Below the pieces are notes generated by a model. The model saw only the letters and a program-made list of their open reading frames with translations, searched no databases and had not been told where the DNA came from. From assembly GCF_009914755.1 (NCBI RefSeq), contig NC_060933.1: a stretch of 64,000 nucleotides of DNA. One strand, given 5' to 3'. Of the stretch, positions 1 to 13,095 are shown one piece after another (within the stretch, counting starts at the first letter, position 1; every line of letters starts with the position of its first letter). A program made the translations under genes and the position numbers. Source of the DNA: the human T2T-CHM13v2.0 reference genome, Homo sapiens.

Positions 1-557
1 TTGGCTTGTGGATATCTAGTTTTCCACATCACTTGTTGAAGAGACAAATGTCTTTTCCCCAAAGACAAGCGTCATTTCCCCATTGCATGGTATTGGCACC
101 CTTGCCAAAAATCAAATGACCACACTTATGAGAGTTTATTTCTAGGTTCTCTATCCTATTCCACTGGGCTGTGTATCTGTCTTTATGGCTGTACCATTTT
201 GTTTTAATTAGTATGTTTTAATGTTTAGAAGTTTGAATCCTCCAACTTTATTGTTCTTTTTCAAGATTACTTTGGCTATTTAGAACTCTTTCCAATTTCA
301 TATGAATTTGAGGATAAGCTTTTACATTTATGCAAAAAAGGCTGTTGGAATTTTGATAAGATTGTGTTGATTCTAGAGATCTCTGGGTGGTATTGACATC
401 TTACCATAATTGAGCCTTTGTATCTATGAACATGAAATATATTTTCATTTGTTTAGATATAATTGAATCTCTTTTAGCAATGTTTTGTAATGTTTATGTG
501 CAAGTCTCTCACTTCCTTGCTTAGATTTACTCCTAATCATTTAATTCTTTTACATAT

Positions 558-935
558 TGTATTAGTCCATTCTCACATTGCTATAAAGAACTACCTGAGA
601 CTGGGTAATTTATAAAATAAGAGGTTTAATTGACTCACAGTTCCACAGGTTGTACAGGAAGCATGGTTGGGAAACTTTCAGTCATGACAGAAAGCAAAGA
701 AGTAGGCACGTTTTCCCATGGTGGAGCAGGAAAAAGTGAAGAGGGGAGGTGCTACACACTTTTTAACAACCAGATCTTGTGAAAACTATATCACGAGACA
801 GTGCTAGGGAGTTGGTGCTAAACCATTAGAAACCATCCCCGTGACCCAATCACCTCCCACTAGGCCCCACTTCCAACACTGGGAATTACAATGCAACATG
901 AGATTTGGTTGGGGAAACAGAGCCAAACCATATCA
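558..935 (-). mobile_element. MaLR solo LTR (THE1D/MSTA type)
   Basis: Starts TGTATTAGTCCATTCTCACATTGCTATAAAGAACTACCTGAGACTGGGTAATTT and ends GAGCCAAACCATATCA; TG...CA termini. Confidence 0.92.
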
Positions 936-1531
936 GATACTATTATAAATAAAATTACTTTCTTAATTTCTATTTTGAATTATTCACTGCTGATGTTTGT
1001 GTTTTGATCTTGTACCCTGCAACTTTTCTTAATTTATTAGCTCTAGTAGCTTTCTTCTTAATTCTTTGGGATTTTCTACATATAGAATGATGCCACTTGT
1101 GAATACAGGTAGCTTTATTTCTTTTTTTTTTTTTTCCAATTTTGAAATCTTTTAGTTCTTTTTCTTATCTAATAGCTCTGGCTAGGACTTTTACCACAAT
1201 GTTAGATAGTAGCAGTAAAAACAGGCATCCTTGTCTTGTTCTTGATCTTAGGGGAAAAGCTTTCAATCTTTCACCATTGAGTATGATGTTAGCTGTGGGT
1301 TATTCCTTAATACTCCTTATCATGTTGAACAATTTTCTCTCTATTCCTAGTCTTCTAAGATTTTTTTTTTAATCATGAAAGTCTATTGAATTTTGTCAAA
1401 TGTCTTTACTACATCAATTGAGATTATCATGTGGTTTTGTTTCTTCATTCTATTACTGTGATGTATCACACTGGTTGATTTTCTTATACTGAACCACCCT
1501 TGTATTTCTGAGATAAATCTCTTTTGGTCAT

Positions 1532-1912
1532 TGCTATAATTTGAATGTTTTTCTCCTCTCAAACTCATATTAAAATTTAATTGCTATTGTAACAACACTA
1601 GGAGATGGGACCTTTAAGAGGTAATTAGACAATGAGGGCTCTGCCCTCATGGATGGATTAACACCATTATCATAAGAATGGGTTTGTTATTGAGAGACGG
1701 GGTTCCCTTATTAAAAGAAAGTGTTCCACCCCCCTTTTCTTTGTTGCCGACTCTTTGGCCTTCTGCCATGTGTTGTTTCCATCATGTTATGACACAACAA
1801 GAAGACTCCAGATAGTGGCACCCAGAACTCTGAGAAAATAAATGTATGTTTTTTAAAATAAATTACCCAATCTGTGGTACTCTCTTACGGCAGCATAAAA
1901 CAGACTAAGACA
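1532..1912 (+). mobile_element. MaLR solo LTR (MSTC/MSTD type)
   Basis: TGCTATAATTTGAATG...GGGACCTTTAAGAGGTAATTAG...CAGACTAAGACA, with 5-bp TSD GTCAT/GCCAT. Confidence 0.88.
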
Positions 1913-3982
1913 GCCATGGTAACTAATTCTTCCAATATGCTCTTAGATACATGCTAATATTTGGTTAAGGATTTTAGCATCTATATTCATAAAGATTTTT
2001 GTCTGTAATTTCTGTTGAAATCTTTATGTGGCTTTGGTATCAGAGTAATGCTGGCCTCATAGAATGATTTGGTGTTCCCTCTTCTACTGCCCTTTGGAAG
2101 ACTTTGAGAAGGCTTGTATTAATTTTTCTTTAAATGTTTGGTAGAATTCACTGGTAAATCCACTTGGCCCAGAACTTTTCATTGTTGGGAGATTTTTGAT
2201 TGCTGATTAAATCTATTTACTTGTAATAGGTCTGTTGAGATTTTCTATTTCTTCTTGAGTCTGCCTAATAATTTGGCATTTCTTCCAGGTTATCTGATTT
2301 GTTGGCACACAAGTGTTTGTGGTATTCTTTTATAATTCTTTTGTCTCTGCAAGGTCAGTAGTAATATTGATTTCAGTTATTTCCATCTTCGCTCTTTTTT
2401 TGTCAGTCTAGCTTAAGGTTTGTCAATTTTGCTGATCTTTTCAAAAAACCAACTTTGGTTTCATTGATTTTTTTTTGTTTTAAATATTTTGAATATTTTT
2501 TAGAGACAGGGTCTTCCTATGTTGCCCAGGCTAGTCTCAAAACTCCTGAGTTCAAGTGATCCTCCTACCTTGACCTCTCAAAGTGCTGGGATTACAGATA
2601 TGAGTCAATGCTCCTGGCCAGTTTTATTGATTTTAAATATTGTTTTTCTGTTCTATTCTCTATTTTATCTTCACTGTAATTAGTATTATTTTCTTCCTTC
2701 TGGTAACCTTGGATTTAGTTTGTTCCTATTTTATTTTATTTCCTCAAGATGTAATGTTAGGTTATTGATTGAGATTTTTCTCTTATGTAGGCATTATAGC
2801 TACAAATTTCCCTTTGAGTAATGCTTTCATTCTTTCCCATAAGATTTGGCATATGACATTTTCATTTTTAGTAGTCTATAAGCATGTTCTAAATTTTCCT
2901 TGTGATATCTTCTTTGACCCATTCATTGTTTCAGAGTGTGTTGTTTAATTTTCACATAGTTGTGAATTTTCCAGTTTTTCTTCTGTTATTGATTTCTAAC
3001 TTCATCACCATGTAGTCAGAGAATATGCCTTGTATGATATCTATCTTTCCAAATCTTGAGACTTATTCTGCAGTCTATCCTGGAGAATGTTTCTTGTGTA
3101 CTTGAGAAAAATATATATTCTGCTGTTGTTGGGTGGATTATTCTGTATATGTCTATTAGGTCTAGTTGGTTTACTGTGTTCTTTAAGTTCTATTTTTCTT
3201 TACTTGTCTTCTATGTAGTTGTTCTACCTATTATTAAAAGTGAATTATTGAAGTCTCCAACTATTATTGTAGAAATATCTATTTCTCCCTTTGATTCTGT
3301 TCATTTTTGCTTCATAAATTTTAAGGATTTGTTATTAGCTGTGTAAATATTTATAATTATGACATCATCTTGCTTTATTGAACATTTTATTGATATAAAA
3401 TCTGCTTCTTTGTCTCCTGTAAACTTTTGGGATTTAAAAGTTGTTTTACTTTCAAACTGTTTTTGTCTTTGGATCTAAAGTAAATATCTTGTGACAGTAT
3501 ATAGTTGGATCTTTTTTTATGTGTTCTGCCAATCTCTTTCTTTTGGTTGTATAGTTTAATCTATTAGATTTAAAGTGATTATCTATAAAGTGGGACTTAA
3601 TTTTGCCATTTTGCTATTTGTTTTCTAAGCACCTTATGACTTTTTTCTTCCTCACTTCCGGCATTACTGACTTCCTTTATGCTTATTTGATGTTTTTGTA
3701 ATGAGTCCTTTTTCATTTCCTTTTGTATCTATTCCTTAGACATTTTCTTTGTTGTTATCAAAGAAACTTAATTGCACTTAACTTCCTAAAGTTACAACAA
3801 TCTAATTTCAATTAATACTACCAATTTTGATAGCATGCAAACAATCTCCTCCTACACACTACTTCTGTCTCTCCCTTTCTAGGATGATGTCACAAATTAC
3901 ATCTTTATACATTGTGTGCCCAATATATAGATTAGTAATCATTTTTTAAAAACATTTGTCTTTTAAATTTTTAGGAAAAAAA

Positions 3983-5318
3983 GGGAACTGATCATAATCC
4001 TGAAAGACAATCCCAAACACCATAAACCCAAATGTTGAAATCTTGAAAGATCAAAATCCCTCAAGTCTAAAATCCCCAAAATCCCAACCCCAAAAGATCA
4101 AAATCTTAAAAATATAATTCTGGAAAAAAATAATTTAAAAATTTATTAAAAGGTATTTGTTTACTTTTTGAGCCTCAAGTTGTACAAAAGGGAATTTATT
4201 TTGGAAACATAGGAAAACATGACAGAACAATTTATAGGCCATTTTACACAATAAAATAGGCAATATTAACATACACATTTTTGCAAGCATAAACACTCAG
4301 GTATACTAATAACAGCCACATAGGTAAATCATTTATGAGCAGATAAATTATATGCATAAAGAAATAGATCAGAAAGGGAAATATATAAGATATAAGCGCA
4401 TATAACTATGATTGGTAATTGTGTGCACTCAGCTTTACAACTGTGGTCATCTGAAATGCTGTGATGAACAACCTAAATCTTTTGAGGAGATCAGTAAAAA
4501 ATCATTATGGTTTGCCACAACATATGCTGCCACTCAAAGAGCTGAGATCTCGGAGAATTTTATCTTTCACACATGCAGATGTACAAAAGGACATCTCTTC
4601 ATTTATTGAGGAAGGTTCAATGTTTTTATGTGCATGCATAATGCTTACACACAGTCAACATTGTGACAATGCACTTTTGTGGAGTCAAATTTCTGATGTT
4701 CAAGCCGCAGAAGAAAAAGCTGCCCAGCTCTCAGAGACGGACCAACTTGCCTTTTGTATTTGTTGTCATCAGATACCTGACGGATGGGATGGTGTCTGCC
4801 AAAATTAAGTATAGATCTTTCCCACCCAGTCTGCTCAGACTCACACTTTAATCTCCTATGGTGACATCCTCACAGATACACCCAATAGAATACTTCAACA
4901 GGTTCATAGGTATTTCTTAATTCAGTCAAGTTGATATTGAAAATTAAGTCCAAAAGTCCATCCCTTGTCAACTTGACACCCATACATGTTTCCTTAGACT
5001 ATATTTAATTTTTAAATAAAGACAATAACAATGTAATAGTTCTACCTAACATACAAATGCAATTAACATGATGCAACATGGGGTTGCCTCGGCCTCCTGT
5101 GTACAACTCCAAATGCACTAATACCATCCCCTAACTCAGCTTTTTGGATTTCAACATTTGGGATTTTAATCTTTTGAGATTGTAATTTTCAGAATTTTAG
5201 ACATTAGAAACTTTAGATTTTAAGCATTTAGACTTCAGAGATTTTTATCTTTTGGGATTTTTAAAAATTTGGAATTATGGCATTTGGGATTGTGTCTTTC
5301 AGGATTATGATCCGGATA
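3983..5318. mobile_element. Ricksha (MULE-superfamily non-autonomous DNA transposon) carrying a captured ERVL 3' end and MLT2B LTR piece
   Basis: TIRs GATCATAATCCTGAAAGACA(CA)ATCCCAAA at 3990 and its reverse complement at ~5284-5312; subterminal AAAATCCC repeats; MLT2-like sequence ~4692-4954 next to an ERVL polypurine tract. Confidence 0.88.
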
Positions 5319-6494
5319 CACAACAAATGGATTTACAAAGTAAAAATAATCGTAACTTTTATAATCACCCATGTATTTGCCTTTACCAAAACTCTTTCTT
5401 TCTTCATACAGCTTTGAGTTACTGTCAAGTTTCCTTTTATTTTACCTTGCAGGACTTCTTTTAGCATTTTTTGAAGTGCAGATATAATGGTAACAAACTC
5501 TTTTGGCTTTTATTTATCTGAGAATGCCTTAATTACTCCTTCATTATGGAACAACAGTTTGCCAGATATGGAATCTCAGTTGAAAAATTTTCTCTATCAA
5601 TTGATTGACTATCAACCCACTGCCTCTGGTTTCTAAGATTTCTGATGAGAAACTAGCTCATAATCTTATTGAAGAACCCCTTTTATGTGATGAATTTCTT
5701 GTTTCTTGCTGCTTTCTAGAGTCTTTGTCTTTTTACAGTTTAACTACAATCTGTCTCAGTTTGATTACAATGTGGGTCTCTTTGAGTTTATCCTCCTTAA
5801 AGTTTGTTGATCTTGGATTTGTAGATTAATGTCATTCATCAAATTTGGGAAGTTGTCAGGTATTCTTTCTTCAATATTTTTGCTTGTCCCCTTTTCTCTC
5901 TTATCCTTCTGGACTAGCTCGATGGTGTCTCAATGGGTCCCCTAAGCTCTGTTTTCTTTTCTTCAGTCTTTCTGCTGTTCTTCCTCTTCATTATCAATAA
6001 TTCCAATCATCGTCCTATCTTCAAGTTCACTGATTCTTTCTTTTGCCTTCTCAAATCTGTTTTTGAAAACCTCAAGTAAATTTTTATTTCAACTCCAGAA
6101 TTTCATTTTGGTTTATTTGTATATTTTCTATCTCTTTACTGATATTTTCATTTGTTTATGTATTTGTTTTCCTGTTTTTTTCATGTCTTTCTTTAGTTCC
6201 TTGAGAACCTTTAAAACAGTTGTTTTAAAGTCTTTTTGTAGTAAGTCCACCATCTGAGCTTCCTCAGCAATAGTGTCTGTCAATTTATTTTGTTTCTTTG
6301 AATGGGCCATACATTCTTATTTTTATGTTTCCTTTGTGATATTTTTGTTGAAAACTGGACAACTAAATCTTATAATGTGGCAACTCTGAAAATTATATTC
6401 TCTCCCTTCCTCAGGATTTCCTGTTTTGTTTTATTTTTGTACAGTGCCTCTGTACCAGGGATCATCCTGAAGTGAAAGCTTAAGGTTTTCTTAG

Positions 6495-6830
<336 letters not shown>

Positions 6831-7926
6831 AAGCCTGCATCTTTACCTAGGCATGTATGTTGGCTTTCTGTAGTTCCCCATATATGCAATTGCTTTTGAA
6901 TGTCCTATTCCTTAAATGTGTAAGTCTTAAAAGAGTAAAAAGGAAAAAAAAAAACCCTCAGATACTGCATCTTTAAACCTCTTGGATGGTACTTCAACCG
7001 GTGGAGTTGAAACAATGGCAGCCAGCCTCTGTGCATCCATCCCAGTGACTAAAAGCACCAATCAGCAATCAGAACACAAAATCCCAATATTTGAAGGATG
7101 AGATTCTTGTTTTGTACCCTAGCTCTAGCAAGCTGCAACCAGGAACTAGGGCATGTGCCTGGTTGGTGGGGGATGAATGGCTGCTACCACGTTAAGGGCT
7201 AAAATTGACTGAAATTAACTAGCCAAGCATTTTCCTGGAAGCTGTAAGTGTTCAAATGGACTCCCAAGTTCCAAAATAGTTACTCCAGATAGTTTCTGCC
7301 TGTATATTTGTTGTGTAGGTGGAGAGACAGATTCCCAACCTTCCTACTCGGCCATCGTTCTTGACATCACACCTAGCTGTAGGTTTTTTTAAATAAATGC
7401 TTTGTATGGGGTTGAAAAAGTTCCATTCTATCCCCACTGTACTGAGAATTTTATCATTAATTGGCAATGAATTTTGTCCAATACTTTTTCTGCATCAATT
7501 GGTGTAAAATGATTTTTCTTCTTTAACGTGTTGCTATGTTGGATTACACCGAATGATTTTTCTAATATTGAATCAGGCTGATGTCCCTACAATAAATCCC
7601 CCATGGTCATAGCATATTAGTCTTTTTATACCTTAGTGAATTCAATTTGCTAATATTTTCTTGAAGATTTTCTAGGTCTAAGTTAATCAGAGATATTGGT
7701 GTATTTTTCTTTTGTTTTTTTGTTTTTTTTGCCGATTTGGCATCAAGGTAATACTGGGCTTATATAATGAATTGGGAAGTCAGCCCTCTTCTTCTATTTT
7801 TATTTCCACTTAGCTTCCTTTACACTCTCCACTTTTTAAATATGATGGTTTTAAGTATGTCCTCTACATAAATTCAGTACTAGATCAGATGGTGTTACAA
7901 CTTTTGCTTCAACAATAAAGTACAAT

Positions 7927-8068
7927 AGATAGGAATGGTGGTGAATGCCTGTAGTCTCAGCTACTCAGGACACTGAAGCAGGAGGATTGCTTAAGCCCAG
8001 GAGTGTGAGTCCAGCCTGGGCAACATAGCAAGATCTCATCTCAAGAAAACAACAAACAAACAAATATA
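7927..8068 (+). mobile_element. FLAM (free left Alu monomer)
   Basis: GCCTGTAGTCTCAGCTACTCAGG...GAGTCCAGCCTGGGCAACATAGCAAGA plus an (AAAC)n tail; TSD CAATAAAGTA at 7913 and 8070. Confidence 0.88.
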
Positions 8069-8540
8069 CCAATAAAGTATGATTAAGATACTCAAGAAGT
8101 GAGGGATTGTCTGTTATGTTTACTTCTACTTTTGCCCATTACCCTGTTGTTATTTCCTTTCTGAAGGTACCCAGCCTTTTGTTAATATTATTTTTCTGTT
8201 ACAGATATGTTCCTTTACCTATTCTTTCAGGATAGGTGGGTCTTCTAGGAACAGATCCTCTTACTGTTTTTTCATTTTAAAAAAATGTGTGTATTTCCCC
8301 TTCAGTCTTGAAGATAGCTTCACTGGATATAGGATTTGGGGTTTCCAGGTCTTTTCTTCCAGCATTTGATCAATGTTGTGCCACTTCGTCTGGCCTTCAA
8401 GGTTTCAGATGAAAAATCTGCTGTCGTTTCATTTGAGTTGATTTTTCTTTATAGGTAATACATAACTTCTCTCTGGTGCTTTTAAAGATCTTTTTCCCTC
8501 TATCTTTAGTTTTCAGAATTTTAATTATGATGAGTCTTAG

Positions 8541-9000
8541 TATTATAGATGGAATGTTTTCGTCCCTCCCCCAAATTAATATATTGAAGCCCTAACCACC
8601 AATGTGATAATATTTGGAGGTAGGGACTTTGGGAGGTAATTAGGCTTAAATAAGGTCATGAGGGTGGGGCCCCCATGATAAGATTAGTGTCCTTATGAGA
8701 AGAGAAAGAGACCAGACAACACGCACACGCACTCTCTCTCTCTCTCTCTTTCTCTCCCTGTCTCCCTCCCTCCCTCCCTCTTTCTCTTTCTCCTTCCTTT
8801 CCTCTTTCTCTTTCTTCATGTGAGGACACAGAGAGAAGGCAGTGCCTACAAGCCAGGAAGAGGGCCCTCACTGGAAATAAAATCTGCAGGCACCTTGATC
8901 TTGTACTTCCCAGCTTCCATAAGGATGATAAATATACATCCATTGTTTAAGCCACCCAGTATGTGATATTTTGTTACTGGAGCTGGAGCTGACTAATACA
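8541..9000 (+). mobile_element. MaLR solo LTR (MLT1A type) with an internal CT-rich expansion
   Basis: ..GGAATGTTTTCGTCCCTCCCCCAAATT..GAAGCCCTAACC..GACTAATACA; TSD CTTAG/CTAAG; (CT)n at ~8732-8815. Confidence 0.88.
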
Positions 9001-9106
9001 CTAAGTGGAGGTTTCTTTGGGCTTATTTTATTTGTGATTCGCTCGGCTTTTTAAATCTGTAGGGTTAGGTGTTTAACCAAATTTGAGAAGTTTCAGCCAT
9101 TCTTTC

Positions 9107-9382
9107 TTTTTTTTTTTTTTTTTTTTTTAGACAGAGTCTCGCTCTGTTACCCAGGCTGCAACCTCTGCCTCCTATGTTCAAGTGATTCTCCTGCCTCAGC
9201 CTCCCAAGTAGCTGGTATTACAGGTGTATGCCACCATGCCTGGCTAAATTTTTTGTATTTTTAGTAGAGACTGGATTTCACCATGTTGGCCAGGTGAGTC
9301 TTGAACTCCTGATCTCAAGTGATCTGCTTGCCTCAGCCTCTCAAAGTGCTGGGATTACAGGTGTGAGCCACCATGACTGGCC
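9107..9382 (-). mobile_element. AluS with a ~30-bp internal deletion
   Basis: Poly-T and Alu dimer; CCAGGCTG is joined directly to CAACCTC; TSD CCATT(C/A)TTTCTTT. Confidence 0.95.
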
Positions 9383-9708
9383 CATTATTTCTTTAAATAT
9401 ATTTGGTGTCACACACTCTTTCTTCTCCCCGTTTGGGACATCAATGATGAATGTTGAAACTTGTATTATTCTTTCACAAATACTGGAAGCTTTATTTATT
9501 TTGTTCAGTCTAGTATCTCTTTATTATTCAGATTGTGTAAATACTACTGTTGTCTTCAAGTTCTCTGATTCATCCTTCTGTCATCCCTACTTATCCATTA
9601 AGTACAGTTAACAAGTTAATTTGGCTATTCTATTTTTGAGGTTAGCTGCCTGTCCACAGAAGTGATGATAGTATTAATAAGTTTCCCAAGAGTTCTCTGG
9701 ATGAAAGT

Positions 9709-10535
9709 TCAGTTCCTCATCTGTGTGTAGGGGTGATCATTGTATCCCTCAGTTCCTCATGTTGCATTGGGGTGGTAGCATGATTTGCTTTCTTTTCTCT
9801 ATGTTGAGTTGACAATAGTACCACTTCATTCATTCTCTGTACATTGAGGTGAATGCAGTATCACTCAGGATTTTATTCATATACTAGGTTAACAACAGCA
9901 TCAGTCACATCTTCATCTGTACGTTGATGTGATCACAGTATTCGTCAATTCATCATCTGCTCCTTGGGGTAATAGTAGAGTCATTAAATTCATTAGTTCT
10001 TTGGAGTGATTATAATATCACTGTGTTCCTCATCTGTACATTGGGTTGATGGGACAACATTTGATTGGTAATCTATGCCTTGGGATAATAGTAAGATTAC
10101 TTGATTTCTCATCTATACCTTGGCATGGTAATAGGATCACTCTATGTCTCATCTGTACATCAGATTTGGGAATATTTGCATTGTATACTTACTAGTTGAG
10201 CAACTCAAATAGAAAAATCCCAAATCTGAAATGCTCCAATGAGCATTTCTTTTGAGTATCATGCTGGTGCTCAAAAAGTTTTGGATCATTTTGGAGTTTA
10301 GATTTTCAGATTTGGGATGCTCAGCCTGTAGTAGAACCACTAGTTTCTCATCTGTACTTTGGGTTGAGTGGCATAAATCAGGTTAAGTGATATCACTGGG
10401 ATCAGCATCTGTACAATGAGGTAGTAGCAGGATCATTCATTTCCTCATCTGTATATTTGGCAATAGTATCACTGGATACCACATCTGTGCTTAAGGATGA
10501 TGATATAACTTGGCTTATCGTCTGTGCTTTGGGGT
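9709..10535. repeat. Degenerate ~40-bp tandem array (about 17 units), MIR-core-like
   Basis: Units start at 9709, 9749, 9825, 9865, 9905, 9945, 9985, 10022, 10061, 10101, 10141 and resume after 10330. Approximate consensus TCAGTTCCTCATCTGTACATTGGGGTGATAATAGTATCAC. Confidence 0.85.
10161..10328 (-). mobile_element. Tigger4a/MER46-type TcMar MITE, one end truncated
   Basis: AAATGCTCCAATGAGCATTTC..TCAAAAAGTTTTGGAT..TTTGGGATGCTCAGCCTG followed by TA. Confidence 0.85.
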
Positions 10536-10795
10536 GTGTTTCACAGTGGGAAGGCCTATGCACACCTTCCCCAAAGTCAGAGGAAGCTGATAGGCCAAAG
10601 AAAGAGGCCAGTTTCTTGGAAACCCAGTTTCTTGGAAAGAAATGTTTAATAAGGTCTTACTAACAGAAACCATGTCTGAGTCTTTGGCAGCAGGGAGACA
10701 AGATGGTGGATCCCACACCATTACTCCCTTGACCCAGGGCTTATATACTATAAGGGAAGGGTGGTTCAGCAGGGATGTGTAGAAAAATTGGGACT
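10535..10795 (-). mobile_element. ERVL LTR fragment (LTR47-like)
   Basis: CCCCAAAGTCAGAGGAAGCTGATAGGCCAAAGAAAGAGGC..CAAGATGGTGGATCCC..CCCAGGGCTTATATAC matches the recalled LTR47 consensus. Confidence 0.7.
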
Positions 10796-11349
10796 ATGGG
10801 TTTTCAGTGCTTGAAGGCACTGGTCTGAGGTGGTGGAGTAGGAGTCCTACTGTGTACACTTGGGCATGTAATCCACTTATATGAGCCCCAATCTTCTTCC
10901 CACTTGCGCAGGCATTCCAGGGGACAAATGTCATTTTGTTCTGGGTGGGCACATCTGAGGACCCTCTGTCTCTGGCTTTGAGGTCACCTCCTGAGGAAGC
11001 CTTTACTGACTGTCTTCTCTGATCCTGAAAGTCTTTTGCACACCCCAGTGTTTGGGTCTGTCTGTTTGCAGGTCTAACTCTCCTCTGGACAAGGCTGGGA
11101 GCTCCATGAAAGCCATGCCTCAGCCAGGGGCTGGGGGCGGTGGGGGGCTCTTTCTCCCATGATGCAAGAGGCTGAGATGGCTGGAAGCTATCCTGCCTCC
11201 CGTGGAACCAGGCCAGCCAAGCCACGATGGAGGCTGCTCAGGGGCTGGACAGCCAGCAATCAGCAGCTGCCTCTTCCAGCTGACATCTCTTCTGAGTCAG
11301 GGAGATGCACCAGCCAAACCCTGATCTGCCCTCTCCTGATCATGTGACA

Positions 11350-12270
11350 CCCCCACTCTGACCTTAGTCTCCCCACCCGCAGAATGGGGTCATAATGACA
11401 CGAGAGCATGCAGTGGAAGTGTTCAGTGCACAGGAAGGGTTTAATCACCATCAGCCATCATCGCAGTTGTCATCATCCCCCTCCCAGGCAGAGAGGTGCC
11501 TGGCCTCTCCTGTTGGCCCTTGGAGGGTGCAGGGGCAATGGCCCCAGGCCTGCCCTCCAGACTCATAGTTAATGAGGAGCTGATAAATGGCAGGGCTATG
11601 TGGGCTCCGCTTCCAAAGCTGTGCCTTGCAGGCTCTCAAAGCAGCAAGTGTTTACATGCTCAGAACAAGTGTCCTGAGGCCTGCACTTTGTCAGACACTT
11701 TAACACTGTGGCAGGGCTGGGTGGCCCAGCTTCATCCCCAGTCTGGATGGCATAAGGGCGACTTACTGGGGGAAAGTACAAGGAGTGACACCAGTTCCAG
11801 GGCAGGATGAAGACAGCTCTTCTCTCTCTGGCTACTGGAAGTCCAGGTGTCAGGCTCCAGGGGACTCCCTGAGACAATGGCACCTGCCCAGGGGTGTGTG
11901 GAGGGGGACAGTCTCAGCTCTAACGTTGGCTCTGCCACCTTGGCTGTGATCAGCCCGAGCCTCGAGGCCCTCAGCTGCACATGTGCCAGCCTCATAGTCC
12001 TCACATGGGGGTTTGCTGTGTGGTGGGACGGGGCAGGCCTGGAAGCTCAGGGACCTCCACTTTGCCTCCATTCTGCACATGGTAATCATAGTGGTAGTGA
12101 TGGTCCACCAGCCTCACACAGTAAATGCTAAGTCCCCAGCCCTGCTTTGAAACCCTTCAGTATATTATTGAATCAACACAAAATCCCATGAAGCACAAGC
12201 CTAAAATTTTTTGCATTTTCAGAAGAGCTCAGGAAGATGAAGTCCTTCCCTGGGGTCCCACAGCTGCCAC
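11350..12270. mobile_element. Several degraded MIR fragments
   Basis: Core-like stretches at ~11350-11470, ~11910-12015 (TTGGCTCTGCCACCTTGGCTGTGATC) and ~12090-12270. Confidence 0.5.
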
Positions 12271-13095
12271 CTTTAAGCCTGGGAGGTGTGCTGGTCTCCA
12301 CCACCTAGTCAACTCAGGAATGGGCTTGAAGATTCAGACAAAGAAAGCAAGGCTTGAAAAGGCTGAATGACCTCTCCCCAGGCAGACAGCAGACAGAAGA
12401 GGATGGGCCAAGATCGGAGCCTAAAGCCCATTCATTCTGTGGACTCCAGGAAGAGTGGTCCCTGTGTCCAGGCTGCCCAGGCTGCTGTGGGTGTCATGTA
12501 ATCAGCCCCACAGCAGCAGCAGTCATTGTCACAGGGACAGCCCTGCTCACACCTGCTGGGTGGTGGCCCAGCCGCTGTCCTGGAGCCTCTTAGGTTTCTC
12601 TCTAGCCTCTCTTGGAGCTCACACATCCTCTAGGGAAGAGGTCCTGCACTATCTCCCTGTGATGGGGCCAGCTCTGGGTTCATGGTGTGACCCTGCTTCC
12701 TGGAAAAGTCTGGGATGACTGCACCATCCATGATTGGTGACTTCCAGGAACTGAAGGTCGCCTTGGTCCCACCCTCCTAGAGTCCTGGGTCCCTGGGATG
12801 CCCCTAATGCAATCCAGGCAGGCCTCACCCTCCACCTGCTCACCTGGCCCTTCCTTGGCCTGCAATTTGACTGTCCCCACCCTCGGCCCCTCCCTGACCT
12901 GTCAATACCATTCAGCTCCTCATCTCCTCTGAACCCCTCACCAAGCCACTGTTTCACCCCTTGCCATGCCTGGGGCTGGGAGGGCCAGCAGCCTCTGCCC
13001 ATCATGCCCTGCCCCATGTGATGCTGGGAAGCACCACCATCCCTGAGCCTTCAGGTCCCACCTGTATGCCTGTGATGACGTTGAAAAGAACTTGC

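Larger units (their letters stand above)
7376..9640 (-). mobile_element. Older L1M fragments (ORF2 piece and ORF1 region), interrupted by FLAM, MLT1A and Alu
   Basis: Antisense L1 motifs (GCTGTAGGTTTTTT..AAATGC; GTTTCAGATGAAAAATCTGCTGTC; GTCTTCAAGTTCTCTGATTC). Confidence 0.7.

Noticed and set aside
4412-4851. Possible MULE transposase ORFs in Ricksha
   Set aside because: No recognisable transposase motifs, and two of the frames run into antisense MLT2 LTR sequence.
9228-9611. ORFs resembling database 'hypothetical proteins' (also 21286, 56347, 59436)
   Set aside because: Alu-derived reading frames.
9709-10535. CRISPR-like repeat-spacer array
   Set aside because: The whole units are degenerate copies rather than identical repeats with unique spacers. 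The context is mammalian and there are no cas genes.
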